DNA of 35,869 nt from Trichoplax sp. H2 (taxonomy: Eukaryota): contig NOWV01000083.1 of assembly GCA_003344405.1 (NCBI GenBank), forward strand, positions 134,250-170,118, in the 5' to 3' direction. The notes beneath the pieces were generated by a model. It did no database searches. It was not told the origin of the DNA and saw nothing but the letters and a program-made list of their open reading frames with translations. This document shows positions 22,849 to 34,775 of this stretch, piece by piece (position 1 is the first letter of the stretch; the number at the start of each line of letters is the position of its first letter). The translations under genes and the position numbers were made by a program.

Positions 22849-23009
22849 ATGCAGCACAGTTACTAACTATAATTAATATAATCCATCTAGTACTATATTA
22901 AACCGTGAACAGGAGTAACTGTGACACTAACAAGAAATGAGAGACCATATCAGATCTAAAGAGACGGATAGCGCAAACTTTAAATTCCGATTCATTTTCT
23001 GTCACTGAC

Positions 23010-23440
23010 CGTACATACTGTACAGTACAGTATGTACTAGCATACTGTACTGTACTGTACAGTACATTACAGCGTAAACATGGCTGAAACAACACCTTAT
23101 TTTCTGTTTACGGTACTGAATAAGGTGGTGATCCTTACTACTGTACTGTACTGTACACTGTACACTGTACAGTACAGTACTGTAAAAGAAAATTACTGCC
23201 TGTACTGTACTGTACAGTACTGTAGTCTACAATACTGTACAGTACAGTACTACATGGTTACAGTACTGTATACTGTAGAGGTTTTTTTCTTACCTCTAGG
23301 CTAGCCCATAATGCAGTACAGTACTGTACACACTACACTGTGTACAGTACTGTACTGTACAGTAGAGTACAGTACTGTACACTAATTTTGAATACTGTAC
23401 AGTACATTACACTGAGTTTAGTACTGTAGAGCGAATGCGC
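23010..23440. repeat. (GTACA)n/(TGTAC)n palindromic microsatellite, cluster 6, ending about 240 bp 5' of the Tudor-PHD gene ATG
   Basis: Three dense blocks at 23010-23070, 23140-23280 and 23312-23440, e.g. ctgtactgtactgtacactgtacactgtacagtacagtactgtaaaag...tgtactgtactgtacagtactgtag...atactgtacagtacagtactacatgg. Confidence 0.9.
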
Positions 23441-23678
23441 ATCGCATTTTATTCCTTATTTAACTCGACACTATCACTATTATCAGTGGTCCTGTCCATC
23501 AAGAACATTAAATATCAGTAAAACAGTCATCAGACTCAGCATCAGCTATCAACTAATCGCTAATATCTATATTTTATCTAATTGTGAACATTATATCTCA
23601 AGAGCTTTACTAAAACAGGACGAAGACCTTTTAGCATCGCGCCATATTTCAGGTTTTGTTAACACCGTAGTAAGATGA

Positions 23679-26600
23679 TATGAACCTCAACAAGAAATTT
23701 CCACATGCTATCAATGATGTTATTATCGTCAAATGCCAGAACAATTACTATTATGCGAAAATAAAAAGCATCGACAAACGACGTCGCAAGTGTAAGGTCT
23801 TATTTGATGACAAGTCTACAGATGATCTACCCTTTAGTGATATCTACAGCGGTAAGTTCTTCATTTAACTGCAATATTGCCTCATATTATATGTGCTCAC
23901 TCACTTCATCGCCGACTCCAAATAATTTGTTATAAAAGTTACCACTAAATCCAATGTTCTCAGAAATTGTGTCTCTTTTTACTCGAGAATATTTTGCAGC
24001 GTCGCATGTAGAAAGTACCTTAGCACTGTATTACATTTCAAATTGAGATTATTTTCTATTAATGGTGGATCATTATAAAGCATCTCTTGAATGGTGTGAT
24101 ATTGCTCTACTGTACTATTATGTGCAATATTTTCAATGTAATTCCATCGATTGGTGACATACAGTATTACTTTACGTTAGCAGTGAGTGGATACCAATAA
24201 TTACAGTACTGTACAGCTGCAAGTCTAGTCTTTACTCTCTATTGTCTTTGTCATTTCTATCAGTATCTTTCGAGTTTACAATATATAATTAGACATACGC
24301 ATTCTGTAATACCGTTAGTATCTCATTTTCCTTTTCTACTGTATGCTTTTCAACATGTAATGAATACCGAATAAGTGTGTATAATACTGGTAGAGTAACA
24401 GTAAATATAGGATATGTCGTTTTTACCAATGTTCATGAAACTACTTCGAATCAGACAATTAGACATTTATTTTATTTAATTTTACTATACAGATTGTGAG
24501 TACATAAAACCACCTTTGTAAAAAAGAGTGTCGTACGGTACTGCACGGCTCCATACTGATACTGTACAATCTTTTACAGTACTTCAGTGGGCATGCTGCA
24601 CAGTGCACAGGTATACTGTATACTGTACTGTACGTTCAGTACAGTACAGGTCATCGATAGCCTTTGTGCTCGCATTGATTCAAAGAGAAAGAGTTGTTCA
24701 GTACTGTACACACCGTACGTACTGTACACACCGTACGTACTGTACGGTACTATACGGTTTTGTTCCGTAGATGTGTGGCTGTATTATAAGAGTAGATGCG
24801 TTATATGCATTACCTAGTATAACTACAGCCTTTAGCCTTGAGTGCAGCACATCTTTTTTGTCTTTGCACTATTGCTTGCTAAACAATAGACGTAAAATGC
24901 AGCGTGCTTGTAGACTTGGCTAATTTTATTTCTTTATTTATTAAAAAGTAAAAAAAGTATATACCATATATAATATATACCTGAAATTATTCTATGAAGT
25001 TGAAGATCTTAAAAGCGCTTGTTTGCTATCACATTACTCAGCTTGGAAGAACTGCCAAGTTGATAACTTACAGTAGTGTAGAAAATACAGTACAGTACTG
25101 TACTGTATATTAATTGTGCAAAGTGTACAGTACAGTACACCATACAGTACAGTACTGTGCACTGTACAGTACAGTATTCCTTCTCGGTTACTTCTGGACG
25201 ACCGTCTACAGTACATTTTATTGATATACTGTATTTTGGATTTTACTGTAACGTAAAGCTAGCTCATAGTGATAGTGTGAATTGTATCTGTTCCAGTATC
25301 AATCAGCACCGCTTAATAACAAACTAACGTTAGTATCAGTAATAAAATAACGCATCACACACATCAACTTCTTTATCCTTGACTGCCGGAGTTGTGAGCT
25401 TGCGAGTGACTGATTCCATCATCCATTGTACTATTAGGAATAAATATTACTATTAACTGAATGCGATGTACAGTATTACAATGAATCCACTTAGCATCGG
25501 TGTTCATTCATTAAAGCTAGAATTTTTAGAAGGGCAATTAACTCCAATTTTTGCCGTTACTTCTATAAATTTTTAATGTTGGGGCTGTTGTTGTTCGGAT
25601 TTTCTATTTACTCAAGTTGGCGATACCACTACGGAAATCGTCTGCATCGTTTGTAAGAGTGGCTCTTCTGAATCACCTAACGAGATTGTCTTATGTGATC
25701 GATGCAGTATTGGTAAGTAATAATGATTAATTAAAATTTTAGTGCTATATTCTATTGAAGTCTTCATGCATGCAGCGTAAAAGAGTTTGAAATCATTACA
25801 TGTTTAAACGTTTAATAAACAAGAAAGTATCAATTAATCCTATGGCAATCAATTTTAGCCTATTACAACGTCAATGTAAAAGTATTTACTGTTAGTGTAG
25901 TCAAAAATTTCATTAATCTTAATTAATTAAGTAACAGTACTGGTGCTGATGGGAATACGTACATGCGCGTATATTATGGTATCGCATTATAAAATTATAC
26001 TGCATGATATCTTTTATAAGTTCTAGCGTAAGGTGGTATCAGAATTAGTACAGTACATTAGTTAGTTACCTGTTGCATACAGGTAATAATTTTTTTATTT
26101 ACCATCAATACGTAAAGTCGTAGACTTTGTTCTAATAAATAAAATCTAATAGATAAAAACATTAATTTAAATTTTTAAATACAGTATAGCTGAGTGATTG
26201 AGTTGTAGTGGATGATATGTCACAGATGACATTACGACAATTTGGTCATTTTTTCTATTTAGGATATCATCAACAGTGCCATTCACCACAGATACCAGAA
26301 TCGGTTTTGAAGCCGGACGTTCCGTGGTTATGCCATTATTGTCAGTCGAGTGAAATTTGCCCATATTTTGTAAAAAATCCTTTTACTGACGATAAAGGAG
26401 GAAATTTTAATAATAAGGTAACGTACCATATATGCATCGATATTATATTCAATAATTAACCTCAAGATAACGCACATTACTGTAGGTAAATTAAAATTAC
26501 AGTATAAGTACAAAATTATCCTATATTTCACTTATAATTAGCGAGCGACGGGATTTATATGATATTTTTGTAACAATCAGAAAAAGCCAATAGATAAAAA

Positions 26601-28450
26601 GCTACGAAAGAATCCATTTCCAGATCCTGCTTTAACCTCACCTAAAGATGTTGTGATTGACCCGAAGAAAAGCGCTACTAAGAATACAAGAGTGTCCATA
26701 CGAAAAACCATTAGTAAACGGAAGCGTAAGTGTATATAAAAATTGTCTACTTGCTGCGTATGTATTTAAGGGCATATTGGTTACCGTACAGTATACAACT
26801 ATATATAATAGTTAACGTTGTATAAATGCACCGTATTAAATCAGGACTTCTTCGGAAATATAGTTCTTATCAATTTTTCTAAATTGTCTTTATTCGATTG
26901 GCAAACTCTGTATAGGAGATCTAGACACTGATGAATCTGAACAAGAGACTGCTGAAAATGAAGACGAAGAGGAAGATGGAGATGTTGATTATCAAGATAC
27001 ATTCCGAAAGAGAAGGCGAGCTGCAGTAGTAGCCAGGAAACGTGTCCAAAAATACATGAAGGAAACTGGAGTCGCTAGCGATACTGATACTGAGAATGCA
27101 AATACCAGCAAGAAAAACAACGATGCCGATTTTAATATAAATTCTGTCAATACACACGGTAGTGTAGGGATAGGACTATTAACCGAGAATAGGATTTCAA
27201 GTAGTTTTCCTATGGCATCATCTGGCGGTTTTGGAACTTCTCCAAATCTTAGCTTAAATAATAACTATAGTATGAGCGGAGTACGAATTCAGTCTCCTGT
27301 TATGATGCCTCAAATGAATAGCATGATAAGCGATCATGCCATACATAATAATCCGAATCAAATATTTAATATGGCTAATGGCCTTATGAAATCGCCTCCT
27401 GTTCATTCACCAACTTTAGGAACTTTAACCTCACCCATGGGTAATGATATGCAGACATCACCTACCTTTGTTAATGAAAGCTTTCAGTCATGCAGTAATG
27501 TAAACCAACCATCGTACTATCAGCCTCAGCCGCAAGCGATTAACAATATAGATTATCAATCACAGCCTTTATCTGGTTACAATTCATCTGCCCAAAATTT
27601 TACAAATCCATCGCATATGCAACTATCACCTCAGATGACCCCACAGTACCCAAATCCTTCACACGTTTATTCTCAACATCATTCTCATCACGTGCCTTCA
27701 ATGATTCATAGTCAAGACCCTCATTATCAACATTTTCCTAACTTTCACAATATGCCATCACAAGAAGTAGCTCCGTATGGTGTCTCTCAGTATAATCAGT
27801 ACCATTGGTTAGGTCATCCACAGCAGCCCCAGACAATACAGCACATGCCATCATCTCAGTATGCGGTGTCACCGATACAATCCGTAAGCGGCAGTCTTGG
27901 TATGACTGGACCTGCCAATCAGCAGTTCTCTATAGGACAGCCTGAACAGGCACCATCACAAAAATTGTCACATAGTACTGACCACCAATTATCAACGAAT
28001 AACCTACCTAATGTTACAAATTTTAATGCAAGCAATTCTTTTGCAATTTGCAATGAAACAAAAGATAACATAGATAAATTGAACACTAAGGAAGTACTGT
28101 CAATATCAACTGAAGCCAGTATTTTAGATGTTGCCACCAAGACGCCGACTATACGAGGTCAAAGTAAGAAATCAGATACTGATAGTAGTATTGAAAAGGA
28201 AACAGTTACCAAGGTTACTACAGGAGAACAGTTTGAAACAGCCGAAAATTTAAAACCTCAAGTTAAAGCATATGATATCCCAAAAAATAAACAGAATGAT
28301 AACCATAACTCAGTTGAATTTCACCATCTACAAGAATCAAATTCAGTGAGATATAGAGAAGAACGCGATAAAGATGTATCACACTTAAATACCGAAATAT
28401 TTCAGAAGCAGACATCTGGGAACTTATCTAACGCTACTGAAGGTATTTAA
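23679..28450 (+). CDS. Chromatin-reader protein: Polycomb-like-type Tudor domain + PHD finger + long Q/N/S/P-rich disordered region (core of gene)
   Basis: Exons: 23679-23851, 25608-25708, 26263-26416, 26581-26720, 26916-28450 (TAA) or to a possible donor at 28443. Exon 1, NDVIIVKCQNNYYYAKIKSIDKRRRKCKVLFDDKSTDDLPFSDIYSG, follows the PHF1/MTF2/PHF19 Tudor pattern (DVLARWSDGLFYLGTIKK...C.V.FEDDS...LWKDI). Exons 2-3 encode a C4HC3 PHD finger, CIVCKSGSSESPNEIVLCDRCSIGYHQQCHSPQIP..(n)..WLCHYC, comparable to PCL PHD1 (CCVCRSE...CEKCRHAYHQDCHVP...WVCRQC). Exon 4 is basic (KKPIDKKLRKN...RKTISKRKR). Exon 5 has an acidic start (DTDESEQETAENEDEEEDGD) followed by a ~460-aa low-complexity Q/N/S/P/H-rich region. 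All junction phases agree. Confidence 0.8.
24535..24760. repeat. (GTACA)n/(TGTAC)n palindromic microsatellite plus an 18-mer tandem duplication, in intron 1 of the Tudor-PHD gene
   Basis: ggtatactgtatactgtactgtacgttcagtacagtacagg at 24610-24650. At 24700-24760, gtactgtacacaccgtacgt occurs twice in tandem, followed by actgtacggtactatacgg. Confidence 0.85.
25086..25186. repeat. (GTACA)n/(TGTAC)n palindromic microsatellite, in intron 1 of the Tudor-PHD gene
   Basis: atacagtacagtactgtactgtatattaattgtgcaaagtgtacagtacagtacaccatacagtacagtactgtgcactgtacagtacagtattcc. Confidence 0.9.
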
Positions 28451-28573
28451 ATGGGAGTATTTTTATTGTATTTCTGATGTAGTTTTCACTGGATAATTTA
28501 CACTTATATGGTTTTGGTGTTTAGCAAAATCCATTAAGAATTTCTTTTTCTAAATTGGATTATAATCTTAAAG

Positions 28574-30183
28574 GTAATAGAAACTCTGTCATTAAGGAAT
28601 CATCGGACAACCCTATTAGCAATCCGAATCAGACTGACAAAACGTCGGTAAGAAATCTTGCGTTGATAAATTATTCGGCTTCGAACATTAGAACACAACC
28701 TGGCCTTCCGATATGGCATTGATATCTTAGCTTATTAAAACTACCTATAATTTATTCATCTGTGTTTGTGAATAAACTTACTAGCTTCGTTAATTAAGAT
28801 GCATTTAAGACTCGTAAACATAAATAAATTTTTGCAGTTCTATTGCTGTAATATGATTTCTTAGTTCATAGAAAATAGAAGGATTCTTCATCTACATAAA
28901 GACCTTTCATCATAAAATCTAAACTAGACTGATCAAAGCTGATAAAGTATCCTTTTTACATCTCATGTAATTGCAGATTAATCTGGAAGAAAATCAAATA
29001 TGTCCGAAAACCAAAGTGAAGAAAGATGGGAAAGACGATTCATTTAAGTCCGATGATGGCATTAGTAAGAACGAAAAATCTAAAAACGAAAGCAATGCCG
29101 ATGAAATTAAATCTAAAATAGAAGCGGACGCTTCCTCTAAAAGAAATAAAATGAACGACACAGCAAATTCTAGTGATAAGTCAGCAACAAATGAACCTAA
29201 TCAACAAATTTGTGATTCCACGAAAGATTCTAAAGATGGCTTAAAGCATGCCAAAGAACAGCGAAACCTGGAAGAAGTAGATAATAAGTCAAACAATTAC
29301 GATAAGGATATTCATAGAGGTAATAGCAGAAAATTTTTATAAAGCTTATAAGATGTATGGTATAATACTTGTAAAAGGTGTAGATATACACGTAGATGTT
29401 ATACGTTGGTAGATACGAAATAATAACCTATTATACTAGTACTATCAATACTTAATTTAAAAATCTGGCAAAGTGAAATTCAGAAGGAGTAGGTAGTGCG
29501 GCCTTAATATATGAAAATACGGATAGTACGTATTATTTTTTGAAATATCTGATAGGTGTAAGACATACTGTAAATATGGTTAGTGTGGTACATTAATAAC
29601 AGGTCGTATATTGACAGATCCTGAAACTAATGCTCGTGGTGCATTGGATAACATAAAGTCTACTCCTTGTAGTGGTGACACTGTACGACCCCTTAATGTA
29701 GATGTAGAGCCCCATCGTATGTGTGATAATTGTAATCAACCCGCCTTCTTTCTCTGTTCCGGCTGTAAAACCACATGGTATTGCAGTCAACGGTGCCAGG
29801 CGAGTAAATTCAATAATTCTTTCGCAAATCATCTAGCCTAAGCGCAAGTTAAATTCTTGAATCTATTGTATGTTAGCGCACATGTGTAATTAACTTTACG
29901 TACGCATCAGCATTTCTCTACTACCTGGTAATGCTTTATAGTAGCTATAATAATGCTTATGAGGTAATATTATGCCTTCTTTTAGCATAAAATACATGAA
30001 GTAAAAATATCTTATTTTTCCGATCATATTTCTACGTTTTTCGTAATTACTAAGATTCAGTCTATAAATATCTATTACAATAGTCTTACAGTCGATTTCC
30101 TGATAGATTCTTTTTATATTATTTTAGGAGAAAGCATGGAATGACCATCACTTAAAATGTAAGAGAATACCGTGGCATTTGAC
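28574..30183 (+). CDS. Probable C-terminal exons of the same gene: S/N-rich exon, K/D/S-rich exon and a MYND-type zinc finger split over two exons
   Basis: Exons: 28574-28637 (GNRNSVIKESSDNPISNPNQTDKTS), 28977-29330 (the K/D/S/N-rich 123-aa ORF), 29603-29803 (...HRMCDNCNQPAFFLCSGCKTTWYCSQRCQA), 30131-30183 (KAWNDHHLKCKRIPWHLT*). The last two together read C-x2-C-x7-C-x2-C-x3-WYCS-x2-CQ-x3-W-x2-H-x3-C, a canonical zf-MYND. If the large exon uses donor gaa g|GTATTT at 28443 instead of its TAA, all four downstream junction phases are consistent. Chance agreement of four phases is about 1%. Linkage to the Tudor-PHD gene is inferred, not proven; it could be a separate downstream gene. Confidence 0.55.
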
Positions 30184-31809
30184 ATAGTTCATATGTTCTC
30201 CATATCGACATGGTTAAACAATAATTGCGAACCTCTGAAATATATTCGTTGGCTTCGATAGAAATAATGTATTTCCTTATTATACTGTATTTATTTTAAG
30301 TGTTAAGCTGTATTATTATTATTTATATTACAGTACGGCTAAAACGTCGGTGCTTCACCTTGTAATAAATAAATTGTGGCACTCGTAGAAGTAATGTAAT
30401 ACCACAAATGAATGTAAGAATTTTTTATTACAGTCAGCTACTTCTAGTTATGACTAAGACAACTGTATCGTAACTTGATTAACTACGGCTATAATCTCAT
30501 TTATATTCTGTTACCAGTCCTCTAGAACGGTTTAAAGATAATGATTCTTGAATCGATCTATTGACAGCAATTTCTTATATATTGGCGATTGTTATTGTTA
30601 GTTGCGATTACAATCTGCACCAATGCGTATATAATGTAAATGTATTGTAATCCCTTGGTATACGTCATTGTTTTATGGGACGGGACTCTCTTAGATATAT
30701 TCTTCGCAGTTAATAATATAAGTGGAATATCCACTTACACGTATGATGTTGGGGTTAACATTTTAAAAGTATACTGTTAACAGGACTTGAGAATTAGAAT
30801 ATGATCATTTGGACACGAGTAATATCCAAACTATTCAGTACTAACATGGTCGTTATTTATTCTTGATCAAATCAAATGGCCGCTCTTTGACAAATGATTA
30901 CATCACTGATTTTTTACATTTTATGCATTTTCACTGGTAACTATGAATATAGGGTCTATAAATTTCTTCCGTATCTCATATAAAATTTCGTACATTTTTT
31001 CTTTTAATTTGCACAGAACTACGGAAGTACTCTGCAACGAATAGCTGTTGATTTATACTGTACTGTACGTATTATCATTTAGTATATTCGCTTAATTAAT
31101 AACAGTTAAAAGTTATTATAGTTAATGATATTATTAGCTTGTAAATGTATATGATGCCAGATAGCTCAGTTACTGACAATCATTAATTTTAATTATTGAC
31201 CCGTACCTAGAATTACTTTTGAAATCGTATAATTCCTTTAAATCTGTTCAGTTTATTATACTGTAACTGATGTGATTACTTCGAATATTAACACTAAGTT
31301 GTGTTTGGTCTAAGATAATGCCGATGTCTTATTACTATCCAGACCAATTATGTTCATAAATAAATGAATAATTTATAAGTATGGCTTACAGACAGTAGTT
31401 ATTTTATATTATATACGAGAAAATAACGATTACAATTGAATGTATCATTGACATTAATACAAACATTCGTCTAATAAATAATACGGTAACTACATGTTAA
31501 ATGATATGTAATCGTTCACGTTGGCTGTGATATTGAAAACCTAGGTTCGATTTTGTAGTAATTAAAAACTTAAAAACATTTTCTAACAAGACGATCCACT
31601 CTATAGTAATACTAGTATACAGTATAGAGTAGGTCATGTGTAAAATTTATCAATCGGTGCACTGCTAGTAGAAATGTAGTACCGTTGATAATGCCATCCT
31701 ATCCTCGTCGCCTTATTAACTACTAGTTACTGTAGATCCCTCACTCGTGTACTCCTGAGCTTGAGCACGAAACTACGAGTACCGTTATATTCGTTGTTAC
31801 CAGGTATCT

Positions 31810-31900
31810 TGTACAGTACGTTCTGTACAGTATACTGTACTGTACTGTAACTGTAAGAACTAAAAAGGACTGTACCGTACAGTACAGTCCTGTACGTACT
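31810..31900. repeat. (GTACA)n/(TGTAC)n palindromic microsatellite, cluster 7, about 100 bp 5' of a candidate ATG-containing first exon at 32008-32040
   Basis: cttgtacagtacgttctgtacagtatactgtactgtactgtaactgtaag...ggactgtaccgtacagtacagtcctgtacgtactac. Confidence 0.85.
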
Positions 31901-33649
31901 ACTGCTACAGCCTGTAGATCTGATACGGTAACTACTCGAGTAAAAGAAAGAAAAACACCAACATTGCTACAGTACAGCACCAGTTTCAGGCACGCCACCT
32001 TGGCACATGGCTACAATAATGGAGTCTGGCAGTGAAAATGGTACGTTGCTAACTGTTAGGTTAATTAAATCGTAAATCGACATATTTCGACTTTGAGCAT
32101 ATTTCCAGTTTGATTTCTTCTGACTTTTTTAAATAGTCAAGCCTCGTCTTTTTCAGCTTACAACCGAAATAAAACACTTTGCAACAGTTCAGAATGCATG
32201 GTACCTTGCAGGAGCTGGGCAGTGGGCAACGTGGCCGCGATCGGATTCGAAAATTCGTGAACCACTGTACAATTAATTACAATTTATTATTGAAAAGTAC
32301 AGTCTACATATACATATACATATGTATCTACAAAAAATCCGCGTATGTTGTCATGTCGACAACTACATCGAGATAAAAGTGATGTTTTTGACCTAAATTT
32401 GTTAACATTTACTGTATTTGATATTAATATACAGTACTATACAAATGATGCATCACACGACGAAGATTTTTGTTCTACTGTAGATTGATCCGATTACAAT
32501 ATACGGTACAAAATATATCCAAATCCTCTCTCATTGTAATAATAATAATAATTATTAGTCTCAGAGATTTTTACAACAACGTAAAGATGTTGTAGCATTA
32601 ATTAATAAGCATTTCAAGTTAAAAGTTTATAAATGGACCTCCAATCGTTTACTCTGAGATCATCGCAACAACAACTGTAAAAGGTATGATTTATCTGCCA
32701 ATATTGGCTACTGACGTAAACTCTTTCTTTGAAGTTGCATGAAGCAAATGATTAGTGTAAGCTATAATATATAATTTAAGGAGTCATGGATGTTCCACAT
32801 GATGAAAATCACGACGGTCATCTGAACTTACAGTAAATGATGCATAAATATCTGTAATCGGACCTGATGGGCATCGTGACTTCTTTTAAGTTAATCAGTG
32901 AAAATCATTTAGTATTCTATGGCAAGTTCGTGTTGATATTTATTAACTCTTTTTGCTCAGCTGATAATAATAATCAGCAATTATTCATTTTAGAAATAGC
33001 GTAAACTTTAAGCATTTCCGTTTTGTTACTGTAATCCACTGCTTGTCGCACAACATCGTTAATCTATTTAATCTTTTCCTTTATATCTATCTAGGCTTTC
33101 TCTGAGACCGCTCTCTATGAAATGGATGGCATATGCGTAGACATGCAGCATGCCAAGCTGTGAGTCTGCGTTGTGCATGACCCCTGAAGGAGCTTAAGAT
33201 GTGTAAAATCACAAAAAATAGGATAATAAAATTTTTGATGATAATGGAAATCGAATTAGTTTTATTTTACTCTGCAACAGCCTAAAGTGATTTAAAAAAA
33301 GCTCTTGATTCAAGGTAAGATTGGACTGAAATTGCTGAATGATATGCTGTAGACATCATTGGATTCGGATAAGTGCAGAATCTATGAAGCTGTATGAACT
33401 AAACATAAATCTATGATACTTACTGATTAGTGTTATTGTTAACAATGTCGCAAAGCGATGAGCGGCGGTAAACTACCGTTCTAATACAGGTACACTCCTG
33501 TCTGTATGCAATGTCATCATCTGTAACAAAATAAAGTCAAATACGAAGTTTCTTTCTTCGAAACGATGTAGTAGCCTGATTGACTTCATGAATTTGAATA
33601 AGCTTAGACCAGTGTTAATTGTTCATAATTAGAACAAGTGCACACACTG

Positions 33650-33790
33650 TAGGAAACCGTGAACCGCGTTTCAAAAATCCTCAAAACATGTTCCAAAACC
33701 ATAAAACGCGTTTCCATTTTTGCAAATATACGCCTGAAACGTGAACCACGTTTCATAAAATATCGTTGAACCACGCAACTTTGGCTTAAA
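33650..33790. repeat. Tandem cluster of CpG-containing short inverted repeats with CGTG half-sites (GAAAC-CGTGAACC[A/G]CGTTTCA)
   Basis: ggaaaccgtgaaccgcgtttcaaaaatcctcaaaacatgttccaaaaccataaaacgcgtttccatttttgcaaatatacgcctgaaacgtgaaccacgtttcataaaatatcgttgaaccacgcaacttt. It contains three copies of GAACC(A/G)CG and the inverted pairs GAAACG...CGTTTC. These are CpG islands in an otherwise CpG-poor, AT-rich region. Confidence 0.6.
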
Positions 33791-34775
33791 CATACATGAC
33801 TCCCACTGGTGAGCGGGTGCAGAGTTAGAATTTTCTTTTACCTTTGATATGTGTAAGCAACTGTTAAGAGTAACTTTGGACAAGTAAGGATCATGACTTA
33901 AAAGTTTGATCTACAGTGATACTGAATATATACGCATATACGAAGATTTTATAAAAATTACTTAATATTTACTATAATCTTAAAATACCTCTCTGATCAT
34001 AATAATTGGGTACTTGACAGTTTATCTAATAACCTCATGTAGATTGAAGAAAAGAGGTCTGCTTTATGATTAACGTTTACAATACCAAACGTAATTTGTG
34101 AAGTAGCTACCGAATTATAACGCAGATTCATTTCTAGCGATAAAAATAATCGTTATTATGCTATAACCTGCCCCTCTCTCTGAATAGGGCCAAAATTAAC
34201 GATCTTTTAATATAAGTTGTATAATAACTAATCACGTTCAAGTCGTCAACATAGTAACTGATACATGTTCGTTCGACATCATCGGTATTAAAAATTTATT
34301 TAATATATAAAATGTATATATTTTACAAAAATCTAATAAAAACTTTAGTCTGTTGATGAAATACATATAAAAAGTGCGAATTTAAGTTAATAAATCCAGC
34401 ATCGCATAGTATTATTCCTGCGATACATACGAGCATGAAAACAGAATTTATTTGGTTAGTTCCTACTTCGCTATCATATTGTACACATATGAAAATATCA
34501 CTTTTCATCCGAAAGTTGGAGTAATGCATTCTCGCTTATCTACATTGTCAAAAAATATTTGTGACTAATACATCACTAATCTACTATACGTATTGTGCTT
34601 TTCAAAAATTTTTAATTCCAATCAGTAGTAATTTGCAGTACTGTGATCTTATCTCTACTAACGTTAGCTTTGTAACAATAATTCATGAACAACTATAACA
34701 TTTACATGGTACAAAATGTTGATGAACTAGTAAATTTAAAATAACTGTGTTCAGAATAACCGTGAGATATTCATT

